DNA of 64,000 nucleotides, from NCBI GenBank assembly GCA_038496445.1, contig JALMLS010000420.1:310001-374000 (forward strand). Reading direction: 5' to 3'. The notes under the pieces were generated by a model. The model had not been told where the DNA came from. It saw nothing but the letters and a program-made list of their open reading frames with translations, and searched no databases. Source of the DNA: Trichosphaerium sp. ATCC 40318. Taxonomy: Eukaryota > Protista > Tubulinea. The position numbers were made by a program, and so were the translations under genes. Below, in pieces: positions 12,878-25,674 of the stretch (its first letter is position 1; every line of letters starts with the position of its first letter).

Positions 12878-14116
12878 CTCACTTCATGGAAGCATCATCT
12901 CTACATCGATAGTTCTTACTGTATAATAAACACATAGCCACGTAGAAGATCCACAGACGCAAAGTCTTCATTTTTCTATGAATTTTCATTCTTTCCATAA
13001 GACATCTATCACGCTTAGGTTGACGATAAAGTGCCTCACTTTGGATCAACACTCGGACTCAGTATTGGTTAGATTTGCAAATGTCAATGTGTTTACGTGT
13101 GAAAAACCACTTTGAGAATGTGAACAGAGAATACGTAGCCTCAGAGACCAACAGAAGGGCCTTTTTAATTTAATTGGAAATTCTCTCTCATGGATTAGTT
13201 ATATCTATGCTGGGTACAGAATGCCTGTGACACAGTTTTTTGTAAGCTTATAGTGCTATTATAGGAATCGATTTTAGAGAACCCTTACATTTATAACTAA
13301 GTCTAGCTTACAGCTATGCTGAAAGGTGGGTCTCTATTTCTGGTGCCAAAATGAGGAAGAAGTAAGGGAAAAGATATGTATAAAAGGTCTGTAGAAAGCA
13401 CATCTTCAACAAAACTTGTGTTGTCATTGAAAGTTAAGTTGTCTAGTACATTGTGAGATCTACAGCATTGCTAATAATAACTGAACAGTGTCCATGTTTC
13501 TTAGTGATTTGGAACGTCAATGAAGACGAGACAAAGAAGTTGAAGAAAGCAGAAAGGGACTTCAGCAAAGAACCTGGCAAGCGTTTTCCTATAACATCTT
13601 GAAGATAGTAGAGAACTTTGAGACAACTTCAATAGTTGAACAATAAATACTCTTTTTTAACCCGTTCTTCGTTCATTTTCCTACTTTTAACAAAGTGCGA
13701 ACATTATTATTTTGGAAGCACTTAAGACCTTTGAAGTTCTGTTTACCTAGTGATAAGTATTGTTTATGTCGGTGCTCAGTCAGTTTAAAAAAACAGCTAG
13801 TGTCAGTTAACAGTAGTACACTGCTTTATCACTGAATCACAGTTGTACAACGGAATGTAAAAGTAGCTGCAGGTGTGTAACCTACCATTTTGATTGATAC
13901 ATCTACATAATCAAACCAATCAGCAGTGAAAGGTAGTTTTTGGCAAACCAAAAACCTACAGCGGACTTTGGCCAACGCTCAAAGAGATGCTACACTTGCA
14001 CTTGTAGAAAAATTGCAAAAAGCAATGTGATTGCGTTTTGGGCCTTTGTTGACTCGACAATAGCGTTTATTAGTAGCACTTAACTGAAATAAATAACTGT
14101 CACTAGTGAACTTGCT

Positions 14117-15620
14117 CTACTTTACTATTATATTGCAGCAGCATGGATTTTCGCATTCTTCTGTAGGATAAAATAGTATAGTTTCTTGTTGGTCAAACTG
14201 TACTTTGAAGTGGAACACTTCTTTGCTTGTATATCTTGTCACATCTAACTATATGGTTAACAGATTTCGCTATTTCTGAGTGCAGCACGTGCTCTCAAGT
14301 TTTTTCTACGCTTGCTAACACCCAATTTGACAGCAAGTGTATGAAATATATAAAAGAGTGTTCACTTTCAGACGAAACGAACCAAGTTAAAAAAACCTTG
14401 ATTTCTCAGAAATTTCTTTTTTTTCAAGAGAGAAAATAACATTTCACGTGCCATCACCAGCATCTCTCGAAAAGTATTTGAATTCGTTTAGTTTTAAATC
14501 AAAGTCAAAGCCACCTTTGAATACGTTTGAAATACGCCATGTGCCTAGTGCACGTTGTTAATCAACTATTGAAGATATCACTGTGTTCACCTGTACTGAG
14601 TGCACTGAAGCGCATGAAACCGCTGTCCCCACTACTTCTTGCTTTGTACACACTATCCTCTAAAAATTCAAGACAAGTGTATTTGTAGTCATCATTATCA
14701 CTCGTGAATTTGTCATTCAGTTTTATTTTTCTGTATGCCAGTGCATGGCGTTGAATGTCATACCATAAAGTAAGTCCCTAAAATAATTATTTTTTAATCA
14801 AAATAGAAAATCACGTGCACAACAACGACAATAAGGCGAAAGTAGATAAGCGTTATAATAATAGGTTGTTAAATCGAACGCTGTCGAGAACACCAGAAAA
14901 TTCAAAAGAGAAAGTTTAGAAAAAGGTTGTACGTTGCGTCTCTCAAGTTTAGTGTCCCACAAATCCCCGATATGCTTGAGAATAAATTCATCACCAACGA
15001 CTGCACAGTGTGCCTTGTTGGTTGACTTGAAACGAAGAATATCAACTAGTACAATAAGACTTTCGAGAAAAAAAAGCGAATTTGATAACATCCGAGGTAC
15101 ATTGGTTTTTTGCTGTTAACGTACTCATGTCAGTTTTGGATAGAATACACCATATAACCTCAGGTGGAAGAATGTCCATTTGATTTACAGAACGATGAAG
15201 GCCTATACGATCACATAGGTGGATGGGTTGTCTCATTTTGAGTGGTAAACAAATCTGTCTTCTTTTAAGCTCTATTTTGAGCTTTTCGAGGACGTGATGT
15301 GCGTTATGTTGCTCAAAGCTTGTTTTCAGTTGTTTTGAAGTGGTTTTAAAGTGGATTATCGCTTCAGTTGCGTTAAAGTTGTCTTTACATTTTTTTTGTC
15401 GTTTTATTGCCCTTCTGAGCTTCTTGACTTCTTTTAGATGTACCGCACAGTCTGATTCTTTTTTTGATACATTTCCAACATGCCATGGTGATTTAGTATC
15501 TTGAGGAGCTTTAGTACTTGCGTTTGGTGTGTTTGAGAGCGCTCCGATCAAGTTTTCTTCAGATTGTTTGTCGTTCTGCATGTCGTTGTCAGTGGAACTA
15601 GTCTCATCATTTTCAGACAT
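14117..15620 (-). CDS. F-box protein, multi-exon
   Basis: Spliced MDILPPEVIWCILSKTDMIDILRFKSTNKAHCAVV fits the F-box pattern. Further open exons run down to ~14120; 3' end uncertain. Confidence 0.6.
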
Positions 15621-16308
15621 GAAGAGCTTGTAAGTACGCGCGTTTTATGTAAAGAGTTGTGTTTTTTGGTTCACTTAAACCATTTTATTCGTTGTTTTGT
15701 CTTTAACGTCTATAAATAAAAATCCATGCGAAACGCGATTGAAATGATACTCCCGTACTTGACGTGTTCTTGGATACACTTTCTTATTTAGGAGACACTG
15801 CAGGTACATCTTTCTGTCTAATAGCTGTTAGATAATTTTTGATGAATTGTTCGTGTTCCTTTTCATGTGATTTCGGACTTAGGTTATGTTCTTGGTTTGT
15901 TCGTTAATGATTAGCGTCTGAAGATGGTAGTGGTGAATGTTTTAACTACACAACCCATCCATGCTTACACAATCACGTGAGTACTATTGGCGTTACTTGC
16001 CACTCTGGAAGTACGCATTAGGAGCTAGGTATTCTTAGTTTGGCTAACAATTGTTTAGCAACAGGATTGCTAATGCATAAAAGTACCCTTCTAAAAAACC
16101 TACACAGTACTGCCTCTTTGAGGTATCAGGTAACATACTAAGTTAGCGTCAGAAGCTCTATGTACCAATAAAAACCTTTAGTTAACAATTTTACTTCCAA
16201 TCTACACCAGACTAAAACTACTAAAAAAACACAATCTTCGTACAGGGTGCAATAGAACGCAACTTGTTGGTTTATTCAAATTTATTTTTTGCACAGTAGT
16301 TAGAATTG

Positions 16309-17084
16309 TTAAGGGTGACCAATATTGGATGCACCCTTTAGCGCTTTCATACCTTCATCAGTTACTGAAGTTTCAAAGAGGAATATAGTGTCTACTCCAG
16401 CAAGTGCTTTAACACCTGAAGTGTAATTGATGTTGATCCAATGAACTCCAGCAAGCGCTTTTATTCCTTCATCTGTCACATTCTTACATAGAGTAAGGTC
16501 TATCTTACGAACCCTTTTTAGAGCTTTAATACCTTCATCTGCTACTGCGGTATTACTGAGGTCTATTGTATGCACTCCAGCAAGCGCTTTAACACCTTCG
16601 TCTGTCACATTCACAATTGGATAGGTCTATGTTATGAACACCTTTCAGCGCTTTGATACCTTCTTCAGGTACTGAAGTGCCACGGAGATCAATTGTATGG
16701 ACTCCAGCAAGCGCTTTAATACCTTCATCTGTTTTTGAAGTGTTGTACATTTCAGTAGTATGTACTCCGGCAAGTGCTTTAATACCTTGATCAGTTACTG
16801 GAGAGTTGTTGAGGATAATGGTATGAACTCCTGCAATGCCTAGATGGATTTATTCAAATTGACAATGATTATTCGATAGTGCTGGCAAACTCAAAGAAAG
16901 CTTTGTGTGCTTCTTTGTACAGGATCTTACTTGCCTCTTTTGAACAAAGAAGCAATCTTTTTAGGAAGAGCTTCCTTGTATCCAGTACCAATAGCTTGAG
17001 CGAGAGAAACACAAATTGTATAATCAGCCATGGATACAGAGTATCCGACCAATAAACGTGAGTTCTTGAAATAGTTCTTTTCAT
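16309..17084 (-). pseudogene. Frameshifted LRR (AGVHTIDLSxTxVTDEGIKAL) copy of the 46663 family
   Basis: About 8 repeats at 16320-16845 with one frameshift near 16614; N-terminal part degraded and interrupted by stops. Confidence 0.8.
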
Positions 17085-17609
17085 AGAATGCTAGCTAAAC
17101 AGACGGTAAGAAAGAAAAGGAAACGCAAAACAAGTTTGTTAAAAATATACCTCGGCTTGTAGTTTATCAGTGATCTCTTTCTCATTTCAGGTGTTGAAGA
17201 TATCACTACGAATAGAGTCGTATGCAGAGCCGAGCAAAAAAAAAAAACTGCTTTTGTTGTGGTTTCACAAAACGTTTGAAACGAATACTGTTGCAAAACA
17301 CGTGGTGACAACCGATGACCTTTTACCAAGAAGTAAACAAAGAGACTATTCCTAGAAAATTCTGGTTAGACAGTTAAAAACTAAACAGTACATCAGAATA
17401 TCACGTGACACCAAAGCACCAAGTTTGTTTATTTTCAACCAAAAGTGGTATTACCTATCCTAGGAGTAGTACAATCCATCTTTCAAAAATCCAAGACTTT
17501 TAAAAGGTTCAGCAGTACAAGGCTTTCATGAAGAATAGTGCTATATCACTTCACAAAATTGATAGCCATTCCTTGTTTCGGCATTGTCTGCGTGCCGCAA
17601 TGTTAAGGC

Positions 17610-17875
17610 AATGGTGTCCAACATATTAATATGAGAAACCGTTGGCAGAGTACATAGTATGGATGTTCAGATATGACCAATGGAGGTATAAAGGCATTGA
17701 ATGGTATTCACTGTATTTACCTTAGCGGCTGCACACATGGATGATATTGGCAAAGCCCTGAGTGTTCACAGTATAACCTTTGCTTATTGTCCCATAAATG
17801 AAGGAATTATAGCGCTTGAAGGTGTTTATAGTATTTATCTTGAGGCGTTGCTATCACAGATGAGGGAGAAGGCGT
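17610..17875 (+). pseudogene. Decayed LRR fragment of the same family
   Basis: Reads TNGGIKALNGIHCIYLSGC...NEGIIALEGVYSIYL...ITDEG, with indels and stops. Confidence 0.65.
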
Positions 17876-18228
17876 AAAGGTAGTTGAGAATCTTTGAGAC
17901 GTTAAACGAAAGTGAAACGTTAAAAGGCACTAAATATGAGAATACGTGTAAGAGACGTCTGGCCTTAGTTGTACGAAAATAGCGTTAGTACTTTCAGAGA
18001 AATACACAATACAAAAAATACATTTGTGTATTTCGTCAAAGTTCGCTGTGAATATCTTCGTGGAAATACTTGGAAAGCATGTATACTGAATTGGTAATGT
18101 TACACATTACAGAAAGTCGAATGTAGTACGAGTTTTGCTACAAAAGACAAGCACCTTTGCTTAAGACATTCCTTAACCACTCTGTAGAAAGTGACAGACT
18201 ACGCCTGTAAAGCACAAAAAGCCTTGTA

Positions 18229-19302
18229 ATGAGTAAAAAACAGATGACTATAGCGCTTGGCGCTGCCGATGAACACAGTCACGTAGTTTTGAAGATGGTG
18301 CTGTACCAAGCATCCCCCGAAGTCCTTTTATGTGCTAGACGCGTAAACAACTATTTTTGTAGAACAATAGACACATGTAACGCTTTTTGGCAAACGTCGA
18401 CTGAAAATCGGGCTAGGAAGCTAAATATGACTCTGAACGCCGTAGGAGATTCGACAAAAGCTGATGCCAAACTCCTGGGAGCAAATAAGAAGTGGTGTTC
18501 ATGGAAAATGAGATACATAACCTTGGAAACTATTATTCGAAATATGGAAAAAGGTGTTTATGGAGATATGTCTTGTCCTGGGTGCTTTACGCTTCTATAC
18601 TCCATTACAGGTGATAAAAAAGCTGTTTGTTCTCAAGAAGAATGCGACGATAAAGTAAACATCACGTGCAACACGTGCAAAAGCAGTTTCGGGCCATTTA
18701 TTAAAACCAAGTATTCCACCGAACTAGCAGTAAAATGTGGTAGATGCGGTGAACCTACGGAAGCCTCTATAAGCTCTCACCTTAGTATGTACGAAGACAG
18801 GAAAACATATTCTTGTGATATAGTTTCTCTCTGCTGGCTATGTATAGGAAGAATAAAGAACAGCCATATCAACTATGGGAAAGAAGAACAAGAGTTCTAC
18901 ATTGATGAAAAGCCATATAAACTTATTGTTGTCGAAGTAGGAGAAGGGTACTACAGCTGGGGTAGTGTTACACTTTGTACAAATGTATCAACTAGAACTG
19001 ACAGGAAACACTCAATACTACCAATGCAGCATATACCTCAACCGATGCCCTTAAAGTTACCCTTGGAGGAACCTGAAAGTAACAAGACAGGTTCTTTTTC
19101 TTATCGGGTACCTAAATTGGACACGAGTTGCGTTAAGCCAGGGTGTCTAAATCCAGATGCAGTATTGACGTACAGAGGAAAACTAGGTCAAGGTGCTTGC
19201 CCACCAACAACAGGTCAGTATGGTACCCTTGTAGACGCTGATCATGAAGTGTATTGTCCAAAATGTAAGTGGTATTCGTATCGCTATGGTAACAGCTGGT
19301 AG
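18229..19302 (+). CDS. Intronless F-box-like protein with multiple CxxC zinc-binding motifs
   Basis: 357-aa ORF. N-terminal HVVLKMVLYQASPEVLLCARRVNNYFCRTI...FW is F-box-like; CPGC, CNTC, CGRC, CWLC and CPKC pairs follow. Confidence 0.7.
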   Translation: MSKKQMTIALGAADEHSHVVLKMVLYQASPEVLLCARRVNNYFCRTIDTCNAFWQTSTENRARKLNMTLNAVGDSTKADAKLLGANKKWCSWKMRYITLETIIRNMEKGVYGDMSCPGCFTLLYSITGDKKAVCSQEECDDKVNITCNTCKSSFGPFIKTKYSTELAVKCGRCGEPTEASISSHLSMYEDRKTYSCDIVSLCWLCIGRIKNSHINYGKEEQEFYIDEKPYKLIVVEVGEGYYSWGSVTLCTNVSTRTDRKHSILPMQHIPQPMPLKLPLEEPESNKTGSFSYRVPKLDTSCVKPGCLNPDAVLTYRGKLGQGACPPTTGQYGTLVDADHEVYCPKCKWYSYRYGNSW

Positions 19303-19527
19303 TCGAAATGTATCACAATGTTAGGCAAAATAAAATAAATAATTTTTAAAGTTGAATCTAGTCATCAAGACATTGAAGTGCTTATGTGCTATATTAAGTG
19401 ATGTATATACAACCAAGTACAGCGATTTAATGATACCATTGCTGCATAGCTGGCGAGTAAAGAGAGCATTGTGTGATTCTTTGTATAGGGTCATTTAATC
19501 AACAATACAACAGTAGTTAAGGATGCT

Positions 19528-20415
19528 TTATTTAGATTTTGCGAGTGTCTCTTCTGTAAAAGCACTTACAAGAACAGGATACAGCTCTTTGTCATTCCAC
19601 CATGCTACCTCATGCTCAGTCATTAGCTCTAGTACTTCTAGCACTTGTCTATGCATCCCAGTACCAGTAGAGTACATAACATAATTTTCTTCCTTGTGCC
19701 AATACAACATTGCTTCCTTTACCATATTATAGATATCTTTATCTTTGTAATCAAGCCACAATAATGCGTTCATAAAAGCATCTTGACCATCATCATAATG
19801 ATGAAGTCTAAAGACCGTTTCGAAGCATTTTATCATGTCTTTTTTATTATCGAGAAAGACCAATAAACCAAAGTATCCTAAGTACTTGTATCGCTCTGTA
19901 AAACTACCGAATGGAACGTAACCTCTGACTAGTTTGCTATGGTCTACATCTAGGAGTGCGGTTTTTACCGTTTGAAGATCTTTTTTGACTTCTTGAATAA
20001 CATCCCACATGTCGCATTGTGGTGACGTCTCAGGCCGTTTTACGCTTGAATACTTTTTCCAGTACCTGCGTATGGCTAGTCTAACGTAATCGGCGTTGTA
20101 TTTGTACTTGGCACTGGTTTTGAAGCCAGATTTCAAAAATTTCGCTGCTAGCATCTCCGAGAAGTTCTTTGTTGCGTCATAATGGTCCAATTGCGCGAGG
20201 GTTGATACTTTGCCGGGTCGATCAGCACTCTAAAAGCGCAAATTTAGATAAATTGTAAAGCAACCTCTAAACTAGTATCTTACACGACATTCTTCACAGT
20301 AGTAGTAGCAAAGGCGCTCAAAGCTACTTTCTATAGTGTAGTACCGTAAAACTTGCTCAAAATCGTCTCTCTTGTCTAGAGCATAGAATTCTGCATCAGT
20401 TAGTGCTATTGCCAT
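19528..20415 (-). CDS. Hypothetical helical protein, 2 exons
   Basis: Exon 20284-20415 (44 codons) splices in phase 0 to the long ORF ending at 19528. Confidence 0.65.
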
Positions 20416-20884
20416 TGTCGACCAGTGTAATACGCTTAAACACTCCACGCTGACTTAAAATAACTCTACTTCCTGTCTTGCGCAATGAAGAGTAACCTAC
20501 GTTACGAATGAAAAATACCCCAAAGATAACGGTGGCCTCTAACGGAAAAAGAGCCTCGATTCAACAGTAACAGTCCGCTAGAAGCCTATTGGGCGTTCTG
20601 ATCAACTGGAAGTATTAGCAAAATGGATTGATAGATTTCACTTTGAATTATCACGTGATCGTCAATTCTAGTAGACGAAGGGAAGGTGTCGTATTAACGA
20701 CTTGACGTAACATGAATTAACGTCAAATACATGGAACTGAGAAATATGTAAGAGTTCACGAGCATGACTGGAATTAAGTCAATACTTGCATAAGGTTAAT
20801 AAATCAGATTTCTCATAGTTTACTTTCGTTCACATACCTTCAGAATGCACTGCAGGCTATTCATAACACTAGTAGCACTAAAGT

Positions 20885-21275
20885 GATATTGAATATGTAG
20901 AGATTTTATCAAGTATTTTACAACACAATTGCAGCTTGCAAACTGTAATTTGTATTTGAAATTATTGGATACTGTCGTATCACATTAACAACGATTGAAT
21001 AAACCAAGAAAGTTGTGAAACACCATGGCATTATGAAAAACACAAGGATTGGGTTGGTTGGTAATAATTGTGGTACTGAAACAGAGTTTCATTTTGATGG
21101 TGAAGTGGACTTTCCTCCGTTTTACCGTGACGAATTTGGTATCTATGACGATATGTAGTTGGAGTGTTTCCAACAAAACCGTAATAGTGCTAGCAGGAGC
21201 TCACACGATTTCCTTCAAGATAGCTCAGCAACAGATAAAGGTGTTAGAGCTCTGGCTGGAGTACAAACTCAGCAC
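20885..21275 (+). pseudogene. Decayed F-box/LRR copy
   Basis: VEILSSILQH (F-box remnant) and ATDKGVRALAGV. DNA is clearly similar to 32903-33099. Confidence 0.65.
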
Positions 21276-21426
21276 TTTTACAGCCTTTCAAACGAAGATT
21301 TTACAATGGTTTTCACTACTTATTTTTGTGAAGCACTTTTCTGCGCACTGTTGCGTTGTTATTAAAGTGGTAGAAGAATTTGGCAAGTCCATAATATTAA
21401 TTGCAGGTGAATTGATCTAAACAGTT

Positions 21427-22209
21427 TTAGTTTGTTAAACAAAATAAGTGTTGGGTACTCTGTTGTAGCCATCTGATTCCCCACCAAAGAAGCAACAACA
21501 GTATACTAATAACATCACAAAAGTAATAACAAAAATTATACCCAGGACTATACCCACAATAGCGCCAGTACTTAGAGATTTGGCTAACAAAAGTTAAACT
21601 GATAATCACTTTCCATAAATTGTGAAAGCAAGCGTACATGTAGGTGCTGTAGTAGGCGGATATACAGGCAATTGGCGGTTGAACTGTTGGAGCAATTGGC
21701 AATGATGGAGTAGTTGGCTCTGTTGGAGCAACTGGTTGTATTGGAGCGATGGGTTCAGCTGGTACTTCTGTAGGTGTTGTTGGAGCAATTGGTGATTGTG
21801 TTGGAGCAATTGGCAATGTTGGAGTAGTTGGTTCGACTGGTGTTTCTGTTGGAGCAGTTGGTTGAGCAGGCACTGATGTTGGAGACACCGGTGATAGGTT
21901 CAAGTGGAGTTGGAGAGGCTGGTATACATGATGGCGAAGTTGGTGTGGATGGAGAGACTGGAGCAATAGGAGAGGTGCTCGGAGCAGTTGGATATATTGT
22001 GTTGTTAGAACCTAGAAGACAGTTAACTAAATGATAGACCTAAAAGAAGCATACCACCACACCAAAATTCTGGGTTTGGAATGCAAAACCTACAAATATC
22101 CACGCCTAATTGATTACAATCTGTGTGTTCTACGCAAGGGTATCCGCACTCGAGGCCTGAAGGTACAATTAGTTCGGAGAAACGTAATTAAAGCTAAATT
22201 ATGGCGCAT
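21427..22209 (-). pseudogene. Pro/Thr-rich mucin-like secreted protein with PIAPT repeats, apparently frameshifted
   Basis: Imperfect repeats of ttggagcaa encode P(I/T)APT. The reading frame changes near 21895; short Cys-rich tail. Confidence 0.55.
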
Positions 22210-22574
22210 AGAGCACGTGATTTTGTACCGAGAGAGCAAACATTTTCAAAGCACCTGCTGCACTTTAAGTCTTCACAAGCACCATTATTTTGACACTGGC
22301 CTCTTTTAGACGTTAGGCGTTAGTGTTGAGAACGCAGTTCGAGGTTTAGGTATTTAAAGAAAACTATTGGGAGCGTACCCACATCCAGATTTGACCTAGG
22401 TGTTATAAACCAGGCCTAGGGCGAGAAAAACAAGTATTGATGCTGATCTTATTGCAATTTTCTTGGCACTACAATCTCAAATCTGTCATCGTTTTTAACC
22501 CATTCTTCTACTTTTTTTGCGAGTTGAAATGTTGATGCCTAACCGACTTATCACTAACTTAAAACAACTTCTGT

Positions 22575-24497
22575 TTATTCAACACTTAAAACACCATAGT
22601 CATACACCACATCTTGTATTACCTGCCCTTCTTTTGTCCATGCAATAGCTCTTCCATGTAATACATTACAATTCTTTTCAAATTTACGGTTCATCTGTCC
22701 ATTTGTATGCCAAGTAGTGACACTGACTGTTTGTCCATCATCACTATGTATTACTGATTTCTTTAGTTGTCCGCTCTCATACCACTTCCTGCAATCTCCT
22801 CGCGGTTTTCCTTCAACATAAGTTGAATGACTCTTTAGTTTACCATTCTCATGCCACTCTTTAAATTCCCCGTCCAGTTCACCATGTATAAAATTACACT
22901 CATTTTCTAATTGTCCATTTTTATACCAACACTTGTGCACTCCTTCACATGTATCATTGACAAAATTAAACTTTTCTTTCAATTGACTATTTTCATACCA
23001 AGAATTAAACTCTCCTTGTCGTATACCATCAATAAAATTCAGATTCCTAGCCATTGTACCATTTTTATGCCAAAAAGAACATTCTCCATGTTTTTTGTTG
23101 CTAACAAAAAAACATTTCTGCTCAAGTTGTCCGTTTTCATACCATGATAAATACTCTCCTTCTTGTTTCCCATTGATGTAATTACATTGTTTAGATATTT
23201 GTCCATTTTCGTACCACCTCTTTACTAATCCTTCAGTCTCATGGTTTTCATTATAAAACTCAACACACTCTTGTCTTCCATTCGCATGGAAACTTTTGAA
23301 GAATCCATTAGGTCTATTACAATGAACTCTAAGGTGACCATTCTCATCCCAACATTTCTTTTCACCACACTCCTTACTATCTTTCATCATCATTTCAAGC
23401 TTCTTATTTCCATTCTCAAACCACTCTGTATGTAAACCGTTCATCAAATCGTTTTGTAGTGTACCGTGCCACCTGAGATTACCATTATCATGCCACTTCC
23501 ACATTTCTCCTTCTGTCTTTCCATTCACAACATTAGACTTGATATGCATTTGACCGTTTCTAAACCATTGTAGTAGCTGCCCATTATCCACATCATCTGT
23601 TATGTTTATACTAAGTTTAATTTGTCCATTGTCATACCACTCTTCATGTAATCCGTTCTCTTTGTTGTCTTTATAATAACAACGTAATAGTAGTTTACCA
23701 TTAGGATGATACTTCAAACACTCACCTTGTGCTTCACCGTTCTTATAAAACGCTTCCAAGGAAACCTGACCACAATCATACCGTTTTATGATCTTTCCAT
23801 GCTTCTTGCCGTTAACAAAGTGAGAGTGTTCAACAACTTGTCCGTTCTTAGTAAAATACTTGAACTCACCATGTCTGACGTTATTGACAATAAAACACTG
23901 TTCCGCCAGTTCGCCAGTTTGGTAGTATGTCTTAACTTCTCCTGTAATTAATCCATCAACACAGTTTTGTTCTTTGACCAAGACTCCAGTATTATTGTTA
24001 TAAACAAGAAGCGGTCCTTGTCTTATATTCTTTACAAACGTTGTATGAACACGAATAACATCTTGCTTCCATTCTTTCTTAACACCGTCCAATAAACCAT
24101 CAACAAACTGTTCCTCACTTATTGGTTTACCATATTTTGTCCACGTGCTAGTTGTTCCGTGTAATATACCATATTTATAAGCGCGCGAGCATGTTTTTAC
24201 TCCATTTGTATCCCAAGTAATCAATTCTCCATGTAGTTTACCTTCGGCCATAGGTCGCTTTTCATGTAGAACACCATTTGGGTGCCACTCTTCGAATAAT
24301 ATTACTTGACCATTATCGAACGTTAATTGCTGCTTTTTGCCATCCTTACAGGTTTTAGACCATTTTCCGATCCTGTTTAAAGCGCTGTTGTAGTGTGTTG
24401 ATGTGGCAGAGGTTTTACAGAGCAAATGCCATTTAAAAAATGCGTGTGGCGCTAAGGAACAGATATATTGTTGAATTTCGCGTGGTAGAGAAAGCAT
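22575..24497 (-). CDS. Intronless F-box + more than 20 MORN-variant (YwqK-like) repeats
   Basis: MLSLPREIQQYIC F-box start, then tandem ~24-aa G..hG.y..WyeNGql repeats over 640 aa. Confidence 0.9.
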   Translation of the reverse strand: MLSLPREIQQYICSLAPHAFFKWHLLCKTSATSTHYNSALNRIGKWSKTCKDGKKQQLTFDNGQVILFEEWHPNGVLHEKRPMAEGKLHGELITWDTNGVKTCSRAYKYGILHGTTSTWTKYGKPISEEQFVDGLLDGVKKEWKQDVIRVHTTFVKNIRQGPLLVYNNNTGVLVKEQNCVDGLITGEVKTYYQTGELAEQCFIVNNVRHGEFKYFTKNGQVVEHSHFVNGKKHGKIIKRYDCGQVSLEAFYKNGEAQGECLKYHPNGKLLLRCYYKDNKENGLHEEWYDNGQIKLSINITDDVDNGQLLQWFRNGQMHIKSNVVNGKTEGEMWKWHDNGNLRWHGTLQNDLMNGLHTEWFENGNKKLEMMMKDSKECGEKKCWDENGHLRVHCNRPNGFFKSFHANGRQECVEFYNENHETEGLVKRWYENGQISKQCNYINGKQEGEYLSWYENGQLEQKCFFVSNKKHGECSFWHKNGTMARNLNFIDGIRQGEFNSWYENSQLKEKFNFVNDTCEGVHKCWYKNGQLENECNFIHGELDGEFKEWHENGKLKSHSTYVEGKPRGDCRKWYESGQLKKSVIHSDDGQTVSVTTWHTNGQMNRKFEKNCNVLHGRAIAWTKEGQVIQDVVYDYGVLSVE

Positions 24498-24855
24498 TGA
24501 AGTTTCGTCGTTGTTTGATGCTAAACGGCTAACAGCACAGTTATATCTAGTTGATTTATACTGATAGCATACCTTTGTTTGTGGTTAGACATGCTTTCAG
24601 TTACGAAGTGCGGTAGTCTTCGTAGAAATACCGTTTGCTAAGTTTTATTGTTGACTTAAGTTGCGTGCCAATAAAGTTGTTTGGCGTTCGGTTTTTTGTT
24701 ATAATTTTAACCAGCAGACAGTTTTACACATAAACACGCAACTAACTGGCGCAGGATATCTGAGATTCAACTGTAAGATGTAATATTTGCTAGAGAATCG
24801 GATCTCGAACTACTTTATTCATTGTACATCTCAGAGTGTTTGTAAAATAACAGTT

Positions 24856-25315
24856 TTACTTTTTGATTGTTGTTATGCAGATTCCATCAGCTTTGAAGTA
24901 CTTGTACTCTCCATGTAGCTCTCCTTTATAGTACTTTGCCTCTATATTTATCTTACCATTGAACCGATATAACTTATAAAGACCTGAAGCGGTAAGCTTG
25001 GCAAAAAGAAAACTAAATTTCATGGGTAAAGCACTTGCCTTGTCTCTTATCCATTATGTAGTAACACTCCATTTTTTTAACTTTGCCTCCTGGGTACCAC
25101 ATTGTGCAAGGCCCATGACGTTGTCCATTTAGAAACATACACTTATATTTTATGGTGTTTGTTTTGTAAAAACTCGTCCAAAGGCCATGTTTTTCCATTT
25201 TTTCGTTGAAGTAAAACGAAGCAGTGTGGCGGCATAAAACCCTGTAGTTTTTGTTTACAACGCTGTCTACACTGCAAATAATATGGAGAAGTTCAGGTGG
25301 TAGATCCAATAGCAT
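24856..25315 (-). CDS. Short F-box + MORN-variant protein with a GC-AG intron
   Basis: MLLDLPPELLHIIC F-box. Intron 24984-25038 (AG|GCAAGT...TTCAG) restores KRQGLYKLYRFNGK in repeat register; stop at 24856. Confidence 0.75.
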
Positions 25316-25674
25316 ACTGAGAAGGTGTTAAACATAAATAAACGCATAATGTTGGGGAGTAAACACAAGGCTTCCTGTGCTTTCAAGAAGTAACTTCTGT
25401 AAAAAATAATACCTATGCAGTTGGAAGTGTCGCATTTTCAGTACGTTGACCTCTTGAGTGTCGTTTGAAACAACAACAATGTCAAAGTGGTCAATGGTTT
25501 TTTTTTCCGATGTTTTCTGCTGGACGAGGAAAAGGTGTATTAGTTGTACATTCCGTAATTGTCGTGTAAGGTTCCAATTCACTCCTGCGGGAGTGTGTTA
25601 ATTACGCTTTACGACCAACCACCCTTTTTTAAAATGTAATCAAGAAGGAATTTGTAGGTTACTACGTTCTTAAT

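Noticed and set aside
16300-25315. Endogenous giant virus segment
   Set aside because: No capsid, polymerase, packaging ATPase or integrase. Virus-like genes are interleaved with intron-containing genes.
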